Translations under genes and position numbers: made by a program
Shown here: piece by piece, positions 24,250 to 36,960 of the stretch
Numbering within the stretch: the first letter of the stretch is position 1
How the letters are laid out: each line of letters begins with the position of its first letter
The notes under the pieces: generated by a model
Seen by the model: the letters and a program-made list of their open reading frames with translations, nothing else
Databases searched by the model: none
Told to the model about the DNA's origin: nothing
Source of the DNA: Dicyema japonicum
Taxonomy: Eukaryota; Animalia; Dicyemida
DNA length: 64,000 nucleotides
Direction of reading: 5' to 3'
Assembly: GCA_011109175.1 (NCBI GenBank)
Contig: RDEW01000035.1
Coordinates: forward strand, 124,001-188,000

Positions 24250-25985
24250 TCCAACATACAAGAAGCTTCAGCTGTCACGTGATTTGGATCACTATAAGGT
24301 ATCAGTATGCTGCCTACAGTCAATTAATTAATAAGAAAAAGAGTGCAAGCCCCATAATAATCAATGACATTCTTGGCAGAATAATTATCGATGAAAAGGA
24401 CAAAGCAGCTACTATATCTGCTTATTACTATCATATGCTCAACTGGGACAACGAAATAGGCTATAAATTTGGTGCACAAGTCAAGCATGGTTTGGACATC
24501 CCAATAAACACACAAGAAACACTGGATGCAATTAAAAAATTGAAAAATAACAGATCGGCAGGACCAGAGAATATCCCAGCCGAACTTATAAAGTATGCCC
24601 AAGTGAAGTTGGTAACAATCATTACCAATATACTCAACAAAATATTTGAAGAAAACACTACGTTAGACATTGGCAAGGGTTGGTTAATTCCACTGCAAAA
24701 ACCGGGAAAACCCAAAGGGCCCCTTTCCAACCTAAGACCAATCATCCTACTAACTACGCTACGAAAAATCTTGTCAATCATTACATTAGAAAGAATCAAA
24801 GACAAGGTGGAGTATTTTCTGTCACCAGGACAAAGTGGTTTCCGGTCAGGCAGATCCACTGCCGATGTTATTTGGACACTATGCCAAAAATATAAAAAGT
24901 GCATAGATGTCTCGGAATAGACATGTCCAGAGCGTTTGACTCAGTTCATAGAGGCAAACTTCTTGAAGTACTCACAAGCTTCCTAACAACGGATGATGTC
25001 AAAATTATACAAAAACTACTGCAGAATACGCAACTAGCAACCAAACTCGGAAAAACTACTTCAGAATTCTTTTATACTTCACGTGGAATTCCGCAAGGAG
25101 ACTCTTTGTCACCAGTTCTATTCATAATCTACCTGGAGGCTGCACTGAGAGATTTCAGGCCTTTAATTGAGAACAACAAAATAAGCGAGTTAATATATGC
25201 AGACGATCTTGACTTTGTTTCTGAAGATGTTGAAATTCTTCATCACGTTCTCAAGAACTTACCAAGTGCCTTTTCTAAATGGTTCTTAGTTGTCAACCAA
25301 GACAAAACTGAATATACAAAACTTGTACGAGTTGTACGCATTTACGATGAATCATGGAGAAGGCATAAAAAAAGTTGGTTCACTACTTGGAGACTCAGAA
25401 GATGTTACCACAGAAAAATCCTTTCCACTGCTGCATATAAAAATTCTTAACTATCTGGCGTTCTAGGAAGAGCATAACTACGAATACAAAGCTAAAATTG
25501 TATAAAACATTCGTGGTTCCAGTCCTGACATACAACTGTGGGACATGGGGGATTACGAAACGGGAAATGGACAATCTGGATCAATTTCATAGAAATCAAC
25601 TAAGAAACATCTTAAGAATACATTTCCCGAAAAAGATATCAAATTCAGAACTGTACAAAAGATGTGGTTTAAGGCCATTATCAGAGGAGATTCTCAAGGC
25701 TAGGTGGAGACTTTTAGGTCACATCTTACAAATGGATATGTTGACTCCACCAAACATTGCAATGGAGAACTATTTCGCACAACTGAAGGGATCATTTCGT
25801 GGCAGGCCTAGAGTGACGTTGCCTTCTGTACTAAATGATGACCTAATCCGAATAAACAAAACTCTACGAAATGGTGAAGATCTTGACTCACTACGAGCAA
25901 TGGCCCGGAACAGGGGAACATGGAAGAGGATGTGTGGGAGGATACTGGACGTGGCACAAGGGGAGCTTAATTAATCTAATTAATT
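24250..25985 (+). mobile_element. RTE-clade LINE, 5'-truncated
   Basis: ORFs 24279..24920, 24899..25450 (PQGDSLSP, YADD), 25498..25974 (VLTYNCGTW..RWRLLGH..FRGRPRVTL). Confidence 0.9.
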
Positions 25986-26164
25986 TTTGATTTCCCGGGA
26001 GTGCTTTAAAAAAAATGTTGAGTTGAATGATTCTGATCCGTTTGTTGAGTTCAATATCTTCCAACGTGAAAAATATCTTTTCAGATAGAAAGATTTTTGC
26101 CCACTCGATAGTCGCCATCGAAATTTCCTTTAGGAGGTCCGATAGGGAGGGTGAGCGGTTCTTT

Positions 26165-26560
26165 TTATTATGCGCTGTCTAGGTATAAGCACGTACACAT
26201 TAGACCCGAACAACCACATCTGTTATTATTATTGTCATAAGTCGTGACAAAGCATGTCCAAAATGGAAAATTAAATACTAGTTAGCTTCTTCCATTTTTT
26301 GGCGGCCTTGTCTGTAACCTGTCAAGGTCCATACGTCCCTGATTTCTTTAAGGTCTTCATCAAGGACGGTTGGTAGGGTTGTCCTTGTCGACCACGGAAC
26401 GTCCAGAACAAAGTAGTCATCCATAGTTACGTTCGCATGGGTCCCCTGGTCCAGCAGAAATATATGTCCAATCAGGTTACATCTTGCTTCCAGTATTTCC
26501 CTGATATTGAAAAATCAAGAGGGAGAAGTCTATTCCTTGAATTCTGTGTTTTCCAGACAT
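26165..26560 (-). mobile_element. RTE 3' end remnant
   Basis: Reverse strand FRGRQ.TTLPTVLDEDL; (TAA)n tail. Confidence 0.7.
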
Positions 26561-26765
26561 AGTGTTGCAGAGACACGTAACCAAATCAACCAAAAAACGA
26601 TTAATTAATTTATTTATTTAAAATCAGATTCTACCCAATACTCAATACTAAAATTGCATATTTCTATATTTTACTTAACAAATATTTTTAAAAATTTTAA
26701 TCAATTTGTATTTCAATATTTTTTTGTGGTTATTATCTTGTTAATAATTTTAATACAACGTTAAA

Positions 26766-27253
26766 ATGAAAAAGTCACACAAAGAAAACTCTGATTATGA
26801 AGATAATTTATCATTAGAAAAAATAATAGATCTTGAAAATAAATGTCTCCAAATAAAAGAGATTACGAATAACATTAACAATCTGATTAAAAGAAATGAG
26901 GAAATGGTTAATACAATCGAGACCAATACAGAAGAATCTCATCAATTAATAAAAAGGAAGAAAAAATATTGTTAAAGTGAAAAAAATAATATTATTAACG
27001 TTTCAGGCTTCACTATTAAAAGCTTCTGGAGCAACTGTGTCTGGAGCCGTTATTGGTGCTACTTTAGGGGGACCTCTTGGTTGCTTTGTTGGACTTAAAA
27101 TGGGTTCTTTTTATCGGAACCATGTCTGGGTTTGCGATTTTTGCAACTGGTTTTATTTCTAATTATAATGTTCTAGGTTTAACAGGTGGAATCTATACAT
27201 CTAAAAAAATTCGTAAAAATATTGCAAATCAAAATTCAGATATTGATTTCTAA
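26766..27253 (+). CDS. STX17: Syntaxin-17-like SNARE (short form)
   Basis: SNARE coil plus the tandem Gly-rich TM hairpin SGAVIGATLGGPLGCFVGLKMG..GLTGG; introns 26977-27006 and 27150-27176; two homopolymer frameshifts. Confidence 0.72.
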
Positions 27254-27559
27254 TTTAAAAAATGATTCATAACTATGACGATATAAAAACGTAAAAGACA
27301 AGAGCATTTCATTTGTATTTTAATCAAGCTCCAATGATTAGAGAGCATTTCCTGTAACGATTTGTCTCCTTTTTTGCTATCAATGATCAGATGGTACGAA
27401 GGAAAGCGATTTAAGTACTATGATCCCCGAGGTTTTGGCGGCTACGGGGTTGAAGACGAATTGTTCCATAAGGTCGCATATTTTGTTATTTGAGTTTCGG
27501 CTGTCGTTGAGACTGAGTGAATCAGTGTGAGGTTGGATCCTAAAAGCCACCACACACAG

Positions 27560-28030
27560 GCAGCTTCCCATTTTTAAATGAGAAACGAATTTCAAAACGT
27601 TCTTGGTCTTCCGCGAAATCCATCTCCTGTGTGTGCGAAGTAGTTGACCATTGCGAAATTTGAGGGGACCTGGTCATTTGGACGTCTTAACTGAAAATAT
27701 CATCTGACCTCACGTCATATTTGCATTTATTATAAAGGTTTGCATCAGAGATCTTCATAGACCAGTTAATCTTGATTTTTGAGTTGAGCTCTGTGGAAGT
27801 TGTAGGTTAGTACCGGGATGACAAAAGATTTGTATTTTCTAAACCTGGTGATAAGTTCTATCCTCTTCTTGTGGCTAGGTCGCACATCAGTTGGTGTTTC
27901 TTGTGAGGTTGTTTAACTCCTCTGCAATTGAAAGTTCCCAGAGTGAATAGAGAAGTCGGTAAAGAATACGAATAAAACATAGTCAATAGAGATGTCGTCA
28001 CCACCTCAACCAATTCAGCACAATACTTCT
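27560..28030 (-). mobile_element. RTE remnant
   Basis: Reverse-strand similarity to the RTE 3' region (TYNFHRAQL..LRGHL). Confidence 0.55.
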
Positions 28031-28450
28031 AATTAATTTCAACTTCTTAAAAATAAATTTTAAGGTGTGCTGCTGGAAATCTTTTTTACGCCAAGTGTGC
28101 CGCATGAAAAAGTCTGATAAGGCTATATTATTAGCAGCTCTATCAAGCGAGTAAATAACCATTCGTTTTATTTGATATATTATCTTAAAAATAGTAGCTT
28201 AAAATGGAATAACGACATATGAAATTCATTAGGTCTAATTTTATTTTTGTATATTAATGTAAAGAATTTTTTGTGAAATCGAATCATGTTAGGGACCAAA
28301 TGAACAAGAATCAAGTTAAAGGGAAATATCTGCCTGTGGGCCACGATAATTGATTATTTTTAGCTGCCATAATGAGAATTAATAAGTGATTATTTAAGTA
28401 AATTAAAACATTAACCCAATTTAACCGAAAGAGAATCACAATTAGCTTAA

Positions 28451-29530
28451 CTAAAGGAATGGCTCGGTGTAGATTGATTTATTACGGAATTCATTTTGAT
28501 ATAAATATTAGCAATGACGGCAGTAAGTGTTATAAATAGTATCAATGACAACAGTAGTCCGACAACTCCACATACGATTCCAATTATTTGACGTTTCGTC
28601 AGTTTTTTTAAAAATGTGCTTTCAGACGAAATTAGTTCTTCAAAACTAATTTTGTCTAAAATTTAGTCGGTTTTATTACGATGTTTAAATATGGTTTTTT
28701 TGTCTTTGATTTCAGTCGATATTGGTTCTTCAAAGCATCCTTCATCTAAAATTCAGCCGAATTTATTTACCATCTCCAATAAATTCAAAACTCAGATCAT
28801 TGCGGAAAATTTGTAATTTAAGAGATGAAATTTCGATAGTCACATTTTTATAGTTTTGTGAGATGAATCCACATTGATAGTATCCTCCCATTTTAATTTG
28901 TTTAAATTGCTTTTCAAGTAGAACGCATTTATCTCCTTTATGCCCAACACAAACATAAAAATTATAAATAATATATTTTCCTTCATCTAGTTTATCCGCC
29001 GTAATAAATATTGTAGATTTTACAGCATTAAATATATATTTATGGTTTCTATAAACACGTGTTAACATATTATAGTTATGATCACTGAAATGTTTATCTG
29101 TTATCTAAGAATCAATGGAAACGAGTACAATTCTGTTATTGTGAATATATGATATTTTGATAATTCCACTGATTACTGCTCGGATTTTATTTTTGTAAAA
29201 TAAAAACCAAATCGGCGTATTTGGGTCATTATTTGGGTTACAGTCATTAGCTAAATAAATTTTAATAAAAACCTTTTCCAGTAAAATAATAAAAACTACC
29301 ATCACCGTGATATTGCAACTTGTTTGAATAAATTGTGATAGATAAATTATTCGAAAAACTAATATGAGTATAACCACATCGGTAGTAATCCCCATAATTA
29401 GTTTTAGGAATCGTTGTGATATTAGTATAACGCTTACCACCTTAAGTACAACAAAAAACGTACCATAAACTATTTCTGTTATTATGTCAATAGTATAAAA
29501 TTCATTGTAAATGTGTGGAATAAGTTTAAA
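28451..29530 (-). CDS. Type I membrane protein with tandem YYxCG[YF] domains; 5' end not found
   Basis: Open frame across introns 29441-29463, 29251-29272, 29105-29128, 28746-28770, 28656-28679; C-terminal TM QIIGIVCGVVGLLLSLILFITLTAVIANILY and short tail. Confidence 0.8.
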
Positions 29531-29544
29531 ATTTACATTATCAA

Positions 29545-30348
29545 GAGAAATATACCAAAAGTGGACGTATGTAATTCACCCAAGGAGTTAAGACCAATTA
29601 CTTGTATGCCTAATCTCTATAAACTATTGACAAAGTGTGTGAACAAGAAATTATCTGAATATATTGAATCGTACGATCTCTTAAGTGATAATCAATTGGG
29701 AACTCGGAGGATGTGTCAAGGAGCCAAAGAACAAGCTTTGGTGAACCAATATTTAAATCAAAGAAATGGAAGTAACTTATGTTCTACCTGGATCGATGTT
29801 AAAAAAGCATTTGATTCCGTTGACCACGAGTTTTTGGGCGAAGTGCTCCAGAATTCTGGCCTGCCTTTCTGGATTGTGAGTTTTATCACGAAACTTGTTG
29901 GGAAATGGAAAATACGACTGAATTTGGAAGGAAAAGTGTTGGGGGAGATTAGAATAATAAGAGGAATTCTACAGGGGGACTCTCTTTCGCCACAGATCTT
30001 TGCTTTGTTAATGGACCCCCTTAGCCGAATATTGAATGGAAAATTTCCTAAAGTAACTATGGGAAGCCCGGGAAATGGAGAGCCAACATATGCCACTAAT
30101 CACCTTCTGTTTATGGACGATATAAAGTTGTTTTCTCACAAAAGTGATTCAATGGTTATGATGATGGAAGAAGTTGATTCGTTTTTTGATGCAGCCGGGT
30201 TGGAAAGGAACTTTGACAAATCTGCAACAAATGTCAAGTCCTTGTCTGGGAAAGCTCGTTTCCTTGATGGATTGGATGGATACCGATATTTGGGAGTTCT
30301 TGAAGATAAGAACAGCAATGTTCTTAAAGGAGAAATTATGAATAAAAT
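29545..30348 (+). mobile_element. R4/Dong-type retrotransposon RT fragment
   Basis: LRPITCMPNLYK, WIDVKKAFDSV, GILQGDSLSP, LFMDD. Confidence 0.88.
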
Positions 30349-30384
30349 GCAATGTTCTTATAACCACAAAAAAATATTGAAATC

Positions 30385-30563
30385 TTTTTTTCTTTTTCTT
30401 GTGTGAGTGTCCTTTCTAGACAATCCAGTTCCGCAGTGAGTATTCACTGATGACGGTGTCACTCGTCAAACCATTTCTGCATCGTAGATGCGTGGAACCT
30501 TCCACCAGGTGAACAGCAGCGAGATTCGAACCCGTAGCCTAAGCCACTTAAGCCCGACACCTT
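30385..30563 (-). mobile_element. tRNA-derived SINE, partial
   Basis: B-box GGTTCGAATCTC; body matches 38589-38917. Confidence 0.85.
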
Positions 30564-30589
30564 TATTTAAATAAATTAATTAAAACTTT

Positions 30590-32140
30590 CTTAAAACCAT
30601 ATTGGAAGTATACGTCCAGGAGGTAAGGTTTAATCTGATCGAGAATTTTTTTTCCATAATTTTTGAAGAGACACTCAGAGGAAATGTAGGTCTGTAAGAG
30701 TACGTTGAGTCCTTCGGCCGTCCTGGCTTTAAAATTTGTCGTATAATTTCCATAGGGTAGGGATGGATTACCTGTTGATGGAAAGATTGAAAATACGGGT
30801 GAGGGTCATGATAGCATATAGGTCTATCTTCATCAATACTACTGTAGGGATATTATCTGAACCGTTGGAGTATGACAATTTTTGTTTTGAATCGCCTTCT
30901 GCACGTCATCCATAGAAAAATTATTATTGGAACCTATCTACAAGCATGGGGAGTCTTAAGGCCACCCAGATGCAAAAAAACCCCAATCTTTATTGGTGAG
31001 ATGGTGAGTTGACTCGTTTCTCGATTGATGACAGTCGAAATAATGTCTAAAAAGCAGTTGAAATGTATCCCGTCTGAAGCTCCTCAAGTTAAACGTTATA
31101 GGTATACCCTTGTCGAGAAAGATTCTCTGTTATGACCTGGAGAGATATAAAATTTTCATTGGTTGTCAGCAGAAGATTTTCTGCAGTCTCGAAGAGAACT
31201 ATGGAAAAAATTGATTGATATGTCTACCATTTACTCAATACACTATCGACTAAGATTTGCTACACTTTCAAGGGTGGCCCTTGATTTCATTATTTTCCAT
31301 GTAAGTGACAATATTGTTTAATTCAAATATGACGCCAAAAGTCTCATGACAATTAAGAATGAGTATATGCCACATTGTGAGTGAGTGGCGAACGATCCGC
31401 ACAAATTGGACAAGCGGTTCAGAGTTTCTCCGAGTAACAGTCTTTTTTCACGTATAGCTCTTCCCATGCATTTATGGTGATTGGGGATCCAAAGAATATA
31501 AGTTCTTCATCGGGTGTATAAATACTTCCAGGGAGTAAATCTCCGAAACATGACAAAGCTTTTGAATACTTCTTTTCTAAAAGTCCACAATTGTAGATTT
31601 CGCATTTAGTGTAATTTAATTCCAGTCCAGCTTCCAGCAGTGCTGGAATTGTCATTTCCAAATCGGAAAGTCGTGTCTGGGGATTTTGGGCAAGATCCTT
31701 GTGGTGGAATATATAGGTTAATCAAGTTGATCCAAAAAGTCGGGTACAGCTCCATTTTGATAATGATGGTATCGTCTGAGTTCAAAAGATCTGAGGTCCA
31801 TCGACTCACGTCAATGAAACGTATACCGTTCATTATAATTGTGAGTAGTCGTCCACCTGGTTTTCCATGATGGTCCTTAGGGATTACTGTGTATCCTGGG
31901 AATGAGAGTGTTGGCCTAGAGGATGAGAGATTGGATTCCTGGATGAGAGCAAGGTCAACTCGAGTTTTGGAGAGCTCGAAGTTCCAGGATTTTCCTTTTA
32001 ATTCTATTTGTATTTATTAGTTATAGAATTATTAAGTCTCCGCGTGGACCAGGGTTTTTTCAAATGTCACTACAACACAAGACGGAGTCGGATGCATATA
32101 GCTTGCGGGAACCCCAAAGAGGTGGGGAGAAGTTATGGAC
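30590..32140 (-). mobile_element. Mosaic of LINE and CRE remnants, including a LINE 5' region with SDI*KNPGP
   Basis: ORFs 31419..31661 (CRE RT-like) and 31606..31833 (NLYIPP endonuclease); 2A-like codons 32045-32071. Confidence 0.65.
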
Positions 32141-32940
32141 GACTTTTCGCGTTATCATAGACTTAAAAGAATACAATTCGTCGTCACTGATGTTCATTGC
32201 TGGTGACCTAAATACAAAAATAGGAGTAAAAAGTAACTCAGATGACATTTTATGTAAAAACGTGGCTATCAATAATACACTGAGACTCCTACCTGATGTA
32301 TCAGCGGATGTCTCACTAAGAGATTCCTGGGACTCTATAATGAACATTATGAATGAAGCAGATGGCAAATATCTTGGCACAAGAAAAAAGAGTAGCATGT
32401 TTGATGCCGTTTCACCCTGAAATTGCAGAACTAGGGAGGAACTTGAATACATATGCAAGAGAAAATGGAATGCGGCATAAGACAATTACTAACGACCACT
32501 CACACTGCTTCGTTAGTTCTGATAAATATCGTGCTGGAATGAATAAGAGGACCCACTCAGATACTAATAGGAAAACCAAAGTGGATTTCGATGTGGTATG
32601 AAGCCACAGATGGAGGTGTGGAAATTATCAAAGATCACTTACTCCATTAATATTCTTAGGATAGACTTATCAATACTCCATGACAGTTAATAAACTAATG
32701 TGGTACTGGAACAATTTCTCGATGAGCCAACCCTAAGAATGATCTACTATCCAATACCGAGCTCTTTGTGAGAATCGGAAAGACCTACTCAAGAAATTTA
32801 ACATAAACATGGGTGCCCCTCGAAGAGACTCTCTTTCCATTACAATTGACGATATATTTGAAAACAGCAATAGGAAACTCTGACCGCTATACCAAGAGAA
32901 TATACTATCAGCATAGTAAGGATGTTGCTATACGACATAC
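32140..32940 (+). mobile_element. Degenerate RTE-like LINE remnant
   Basis: FIAGDLNTKIG endonuclease motif; SHRW and YDI RT remnants. Confidence 0.55.
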
Positions 32941-32944
32941 TTTT

Positions 32945-33510
32945 AAACATTTATTTTGATATACAATAATAGGACAAAGGCACCTCAGAGAAAAAATTGC
33001 AGATGCTGGACTGTTTCCAATGATTTACCTGAGAAAAATCTTTCCTATCTATTTTTCCAAAAAAGACCGTATCTTTTAAATTCAATTCTTTTAAAATTGT
33101 ATACCGAAATATTTTGAGTTTCACTAAACCTTGAGACATCTTACTAAATATTAAATCGGCTTTTCTGGGTATTGTGTGGATTGCATTATTTGCTAAAAAT
33201 ACTATAAAGAGAACCTCGTCCAGTATAATATCCAGTGAATCATTCAGATAGTATTGTATCTTCATTGAATAAATAATAAAAGAAAAATGATTAATAAAAT
33301 AAAAATACGTATATCCGCATCTGTAGTAATCGGCAAATTTGGTTTTACGAATCATTCTAACATTAGAGTAATGTTTAAGAGTCTTACGTACAATTATTTC
33401 AGTTTTTAATTCAATTTCATAAAATTCCAATATGCAATAGTATCGCTGTTTGCTAAATATGAAATTTGACAAGAATGCTTACGATGAATAATCTCTCCAC
33501 CAAATACTAG
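32945..33510 (-). pseudogene. Further copy of the YYxCG[YF] surface-protein domain (paralog or detached exons)
   Basis: EFYEIELKTEI..KTKFADYYRCGYT aligns to EFYTIDIITEI..KTNYGDYYRCGYT; same phase-1 intron (33193-33214); one frameshift. Confidence 0.72.
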
Positions 33511-33539
33511 ATTCCATTCAGAATTCTTCTGACCAAAAA

Positions 33540-33832
33540 TAATAATAAAGCCTTTTAAAGAGAGTCATAGTATTTATAGCTTCGATAGGCAGGACACACA
33601 ATTTATTTAAGTAAATAACAGTTAATTTTAACTAATCGTAGAACTAAGGAATGATCTACAATCCTTTTTTTCTTGTTTGAGTGTCTTTTCTAGACAATCC
33701 AGTTCCGCAGTGAGTATCCACTGATGACGCGTCACTCGTCAAACTCTTTCTGCATCGGAGATGCGTGGAACTTTTCACCAGTTGAACAGCCGCGAGATTC
33801 GAACCAGTAACCTCAGTAACCAATACCTAACT
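33540..33832 (-). mobile_element. tRNA-derived SINE, full-length
   Basis: Head, body and RTE-like tail with (TTA)n. Confidence 0.88.
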
Positions 33833-33844
33833 AATTCTCTTATA

Positions 33845-33905
33845 TCTTTTGCTGCACATGCGGGGCTATAAATATTATGGTGCTAATAATAATAATAATA
33901 ATAAT
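33845..33905 (+). mobile_element. Isolated RTE 3' tail with (TAA)n
   Basis: cttttgctgcacatgcggggctata matches the reverse complement of 41925-41948. Confidence 0.75.
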
Positions 33906-33909
33906 ATTT

Positions 33910-34830
33910 ACTTTTTTAATTAGTCTTTAAAATTAAAGAAAAGAAAGTAAACGGTTATATAGCGGCTGCCCTGACTGCGTGACTATTCTCTTTCATGATA
34001 GCGAGCGAAATTCTCTTGAATAAACAGCAGCGCTCACTAGGGTCTCCTATTCGTGTAGCGATCCGATTCCCTAGACGACTCAAGAATTCCAGAGTCGCAG
34101 GCACAAGGGAACCAGACGTCTCAACGGCGAGTGAACAAACAAAAAATCCTTGGGTAGGACCTCGTACTTTTCTCGTTTCATTTTCTCGGCCTTTTCAGCG
34201 GCAGAAGAGGCTTCAGAGTAACTCTATAGTATGTTGCAAGAGGCAAATGTATCGGTGCAGGAAACGCCTTAGACAAGAAGTTTCCCAGCTTCAAAGGGGA
34301 ATAATGTCCCGTTTTTCGTCCTGCCTGCAAAGAACGACTGGTTCGAGCATGTATGGCTGTCCGGGGGCGTCCAAAGCTCATCTAACGACTTCGTTCAAAG
34401 CCATGTGTCTGGGAAATCTGCTTGCAGTGTTGTAGTGAAGTCTTCGCATCGGCAAGGATGTGGAACACAAACTTTTAATCCACTCTCAATGAGATCCCGT
34501 TAAGGACGCATTTATCATCTAGGAAGGTACCCAGAACTCCATTGGGAATGGCGTTGAGCTCTTTTGAATTGAGAGTTCAACCTACTAGCGATGATAGGCT
34601 TGAAGGGAGATAAAGGTCCACAGGGTTTTGAATTCCAAATCCTCCAGTCTCACTGGCAGCCTAGCTGGCTTCCATGAGTAATCTGTGCGAGTTGGTCATA
34701 CAGAGTGAAATATGGAGCAGACCTCAGGACATGTGCAAACCTCTGTACGTTGAAACTGTTTTTCTGGAGGAATAATGCTTTATGTATGTCAAGTAGACAC
34801 AAGCGGTTCAGAGTTTCTCCGAGTAACAGT
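33910..34830 (-). mobile_element. CRE family-2 element, 3' portion
   Basis: Reverse strand LAVETSGSL..EFLSRLGNRI..LFKRISLAI; ends at N 34831. Confidence 0.85.
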
Positions 34831-34831
34831 N

Positions 34832-35862
34832 GCTTGAGGCAGTTTTGGGACGTGATCCCAATTTCAACGAGAGTAATCGTATTACGCACCTTATCATGAA
34901 CGAAAATATCGGGTTTGTTATTCTGTACAGCCGTATCTGTACTAATCGTTGTGTCTACACGAATCTCCACAAATTCATTTGAGACAACAGATTGGACTGA
35001 GTGGGTCTTCAGTTTCTTAGTTTTTCTTATTCCATATTGACGGCAGAGGTGTAAGTGAATACATCTGACCACCTCGTTATGCCGCCTGAGATACGAGCTA
35101 TTCAGCATTCTCCCACATCTAGTTGCAAGGTGATCAACGGTCTTCTTTCCTGAGTTACAATGTTTGCACTTGGCTTCTCCATTATCAAAAAACATGTTAC
35201 GATCCTGAAGCAGACACAGCCTTCCTTCGGTTACAGGAGAATGATTTCCATGAACTAACCACCCTGAGGATTCAGCAATATTCACTTCGGTATCTTTCAG
35301 ACACTCAAATAGAATAGAGTGCAGCGATTTCTCTTCAATTTTTCCCAGTAGATATTCATGTTGTATTTCCATCAATTTCAACATTGTCAAATCCTTCACA
35401 TTTTCAATGTTGTACTTTCTTGAGATGAATTTTACGATAGTGGCCATGTGTATTTTCTTTGAATTAATGACCCGTAGAATTCCCGCTCTTCTTAGGCAGT
35501 AATTTGCCTTATGTTCCAAATCACTATAAAATTGGAGGAGCATTCTTTCTGCTTTGTTACTGACTAACTCGAGGCCTCTTCCAAATTTATTTCTTGGTAG
35601 ATAAAGTCTTTCTTTGTTTGCCGGTTGCAAGTGGATATGACTGTCCATAAGAATTCTGCGAATATTTTTATCAATCTGTTCAAACTCTCCAGGTTCGATA
35701 TCAATCAATCCAATGTAATAGTTGTAAAGGGAGATTGCATACTCATTCATAGCTTTAAACAGGTTCACTGAGTTTAAATCCGTCTTCGTCAAATTTTTGA
35801 TCCGCTTAGATACTTCTCCATAGATTTTATTCATAATTTCTCCTTTAAGAACATTTGCTGTT
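34832..35862 (-). mobile_element. R4/Dong-type element, C-terminal zinc knuckle and REL
   Basis: CKHC..HLATRC, RRHNEV, NNKPDI..VEIGIT. Confidence 0.9.
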
Positions 35863-36149
35863 ATTAATATTTAAAATTATAAAAAATATTTTATTTCTGC
35901 AAATGGTTTTAAGGTTCAGGTTGAACATAAATAAGTTGCGCTAGATATCGAATATCTAAAAATGGATTTCTTTATGCGTTGCTTTCCAGATAGTGTAAAC
36001 AGCGTATTTGGACACTGGCCCCATTGTTATTGATAGAACTGAAACAACTATAGTATTTTTTTCTATTAATCAGTAGAGTTAGAATAATTTTGCTCATTTG
36101 ATCGTTCATTCAGTTATCTAAAAAAACGATCTACAATTTAACCCGTGAC

Positions 36150-36960
36150 GAATTTCCAAATGATGTGAAGAAATGTGTCTTATGTCAGACCTAAAGGCTA
36201 TCTGAGACGAGGCCTCCAATTACGGCAACCATTGCTGAATATCTGCGTGATAGATGATCTGATAGATCTTAGAAGATATTCCTGATTGAACAACGGATAT
36301 TCTTGGGTATTTGTTCTTCATTTTATATTTAATTGTAATGGTCGATTCTTTTTCAAACTCTTATGGTAGATGAAGAAATATCTCACTAACAAAAAGCTAA
36401 ACTAAACAGCTGAAGAAATATCTCAGATTTTCCATCAATTTGTTTATATCCATGGATCACCTATTATATTTCAAACAGAAAATGGTCTGGAGTTCAAAAA
36501 CTCTTTTCTCAGGGATACATATTTTCGAAAGACCTCGAGCACGTGGGTTAAAGGTCAGGTTGAGAGGTATAATTTATATAACAACGTATAGGTTAAATCA
36601 ATCTCTAATAAATGGGGTTATCGTTTCAGCTATGAAGGAACTCTTGAAAAATATAAGTGTAGACTTTGTGATATGTATTCATTACACCATTACAAATCAT
36701 ATGATAACAAAACATTATCCGTTCAACACATTTATGGGAGCTGATTACCCGCCACTAATTTCGGATGAATGATTGAATGATTTAATGCAGTATAAGAAGA
36801 CTTTTCGTTGTCAAGGGACTCTGATCGAAGATATATTTTGTTAGCTTTGAAAAAGACTGCGTAAGAAAAGAAGCATGAAAATGATGAGGAATCATTGAAT
36901 GTAGGAGATAGAGTTATTATACGGATGGATTGTGATTTCAATCAATCAACAAAAAGGTGT
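36150..36960 (+). mobile_element. Ginger/Tdd-4-like DDE integrase remnant
   Basis: DLIDLRRYS..NGYSWV..VMVDSFS..KTAEEI..HGSPIIFQTENGLEFKN, the rve core pattern. Confidence 0.6.

Noticed and set aside
30448-30472. CTGATGA in the SINE antisense strand as a hammerhead ribozyme core
   Set aside because: No GAAA after stem II; explained by the SINE's TGACG/CGTCA hairpin
34650-35834. Single 394-aa ORF
   Set aside because: Chimeric across N 34831: R4/Dong on one side, CRE on the other
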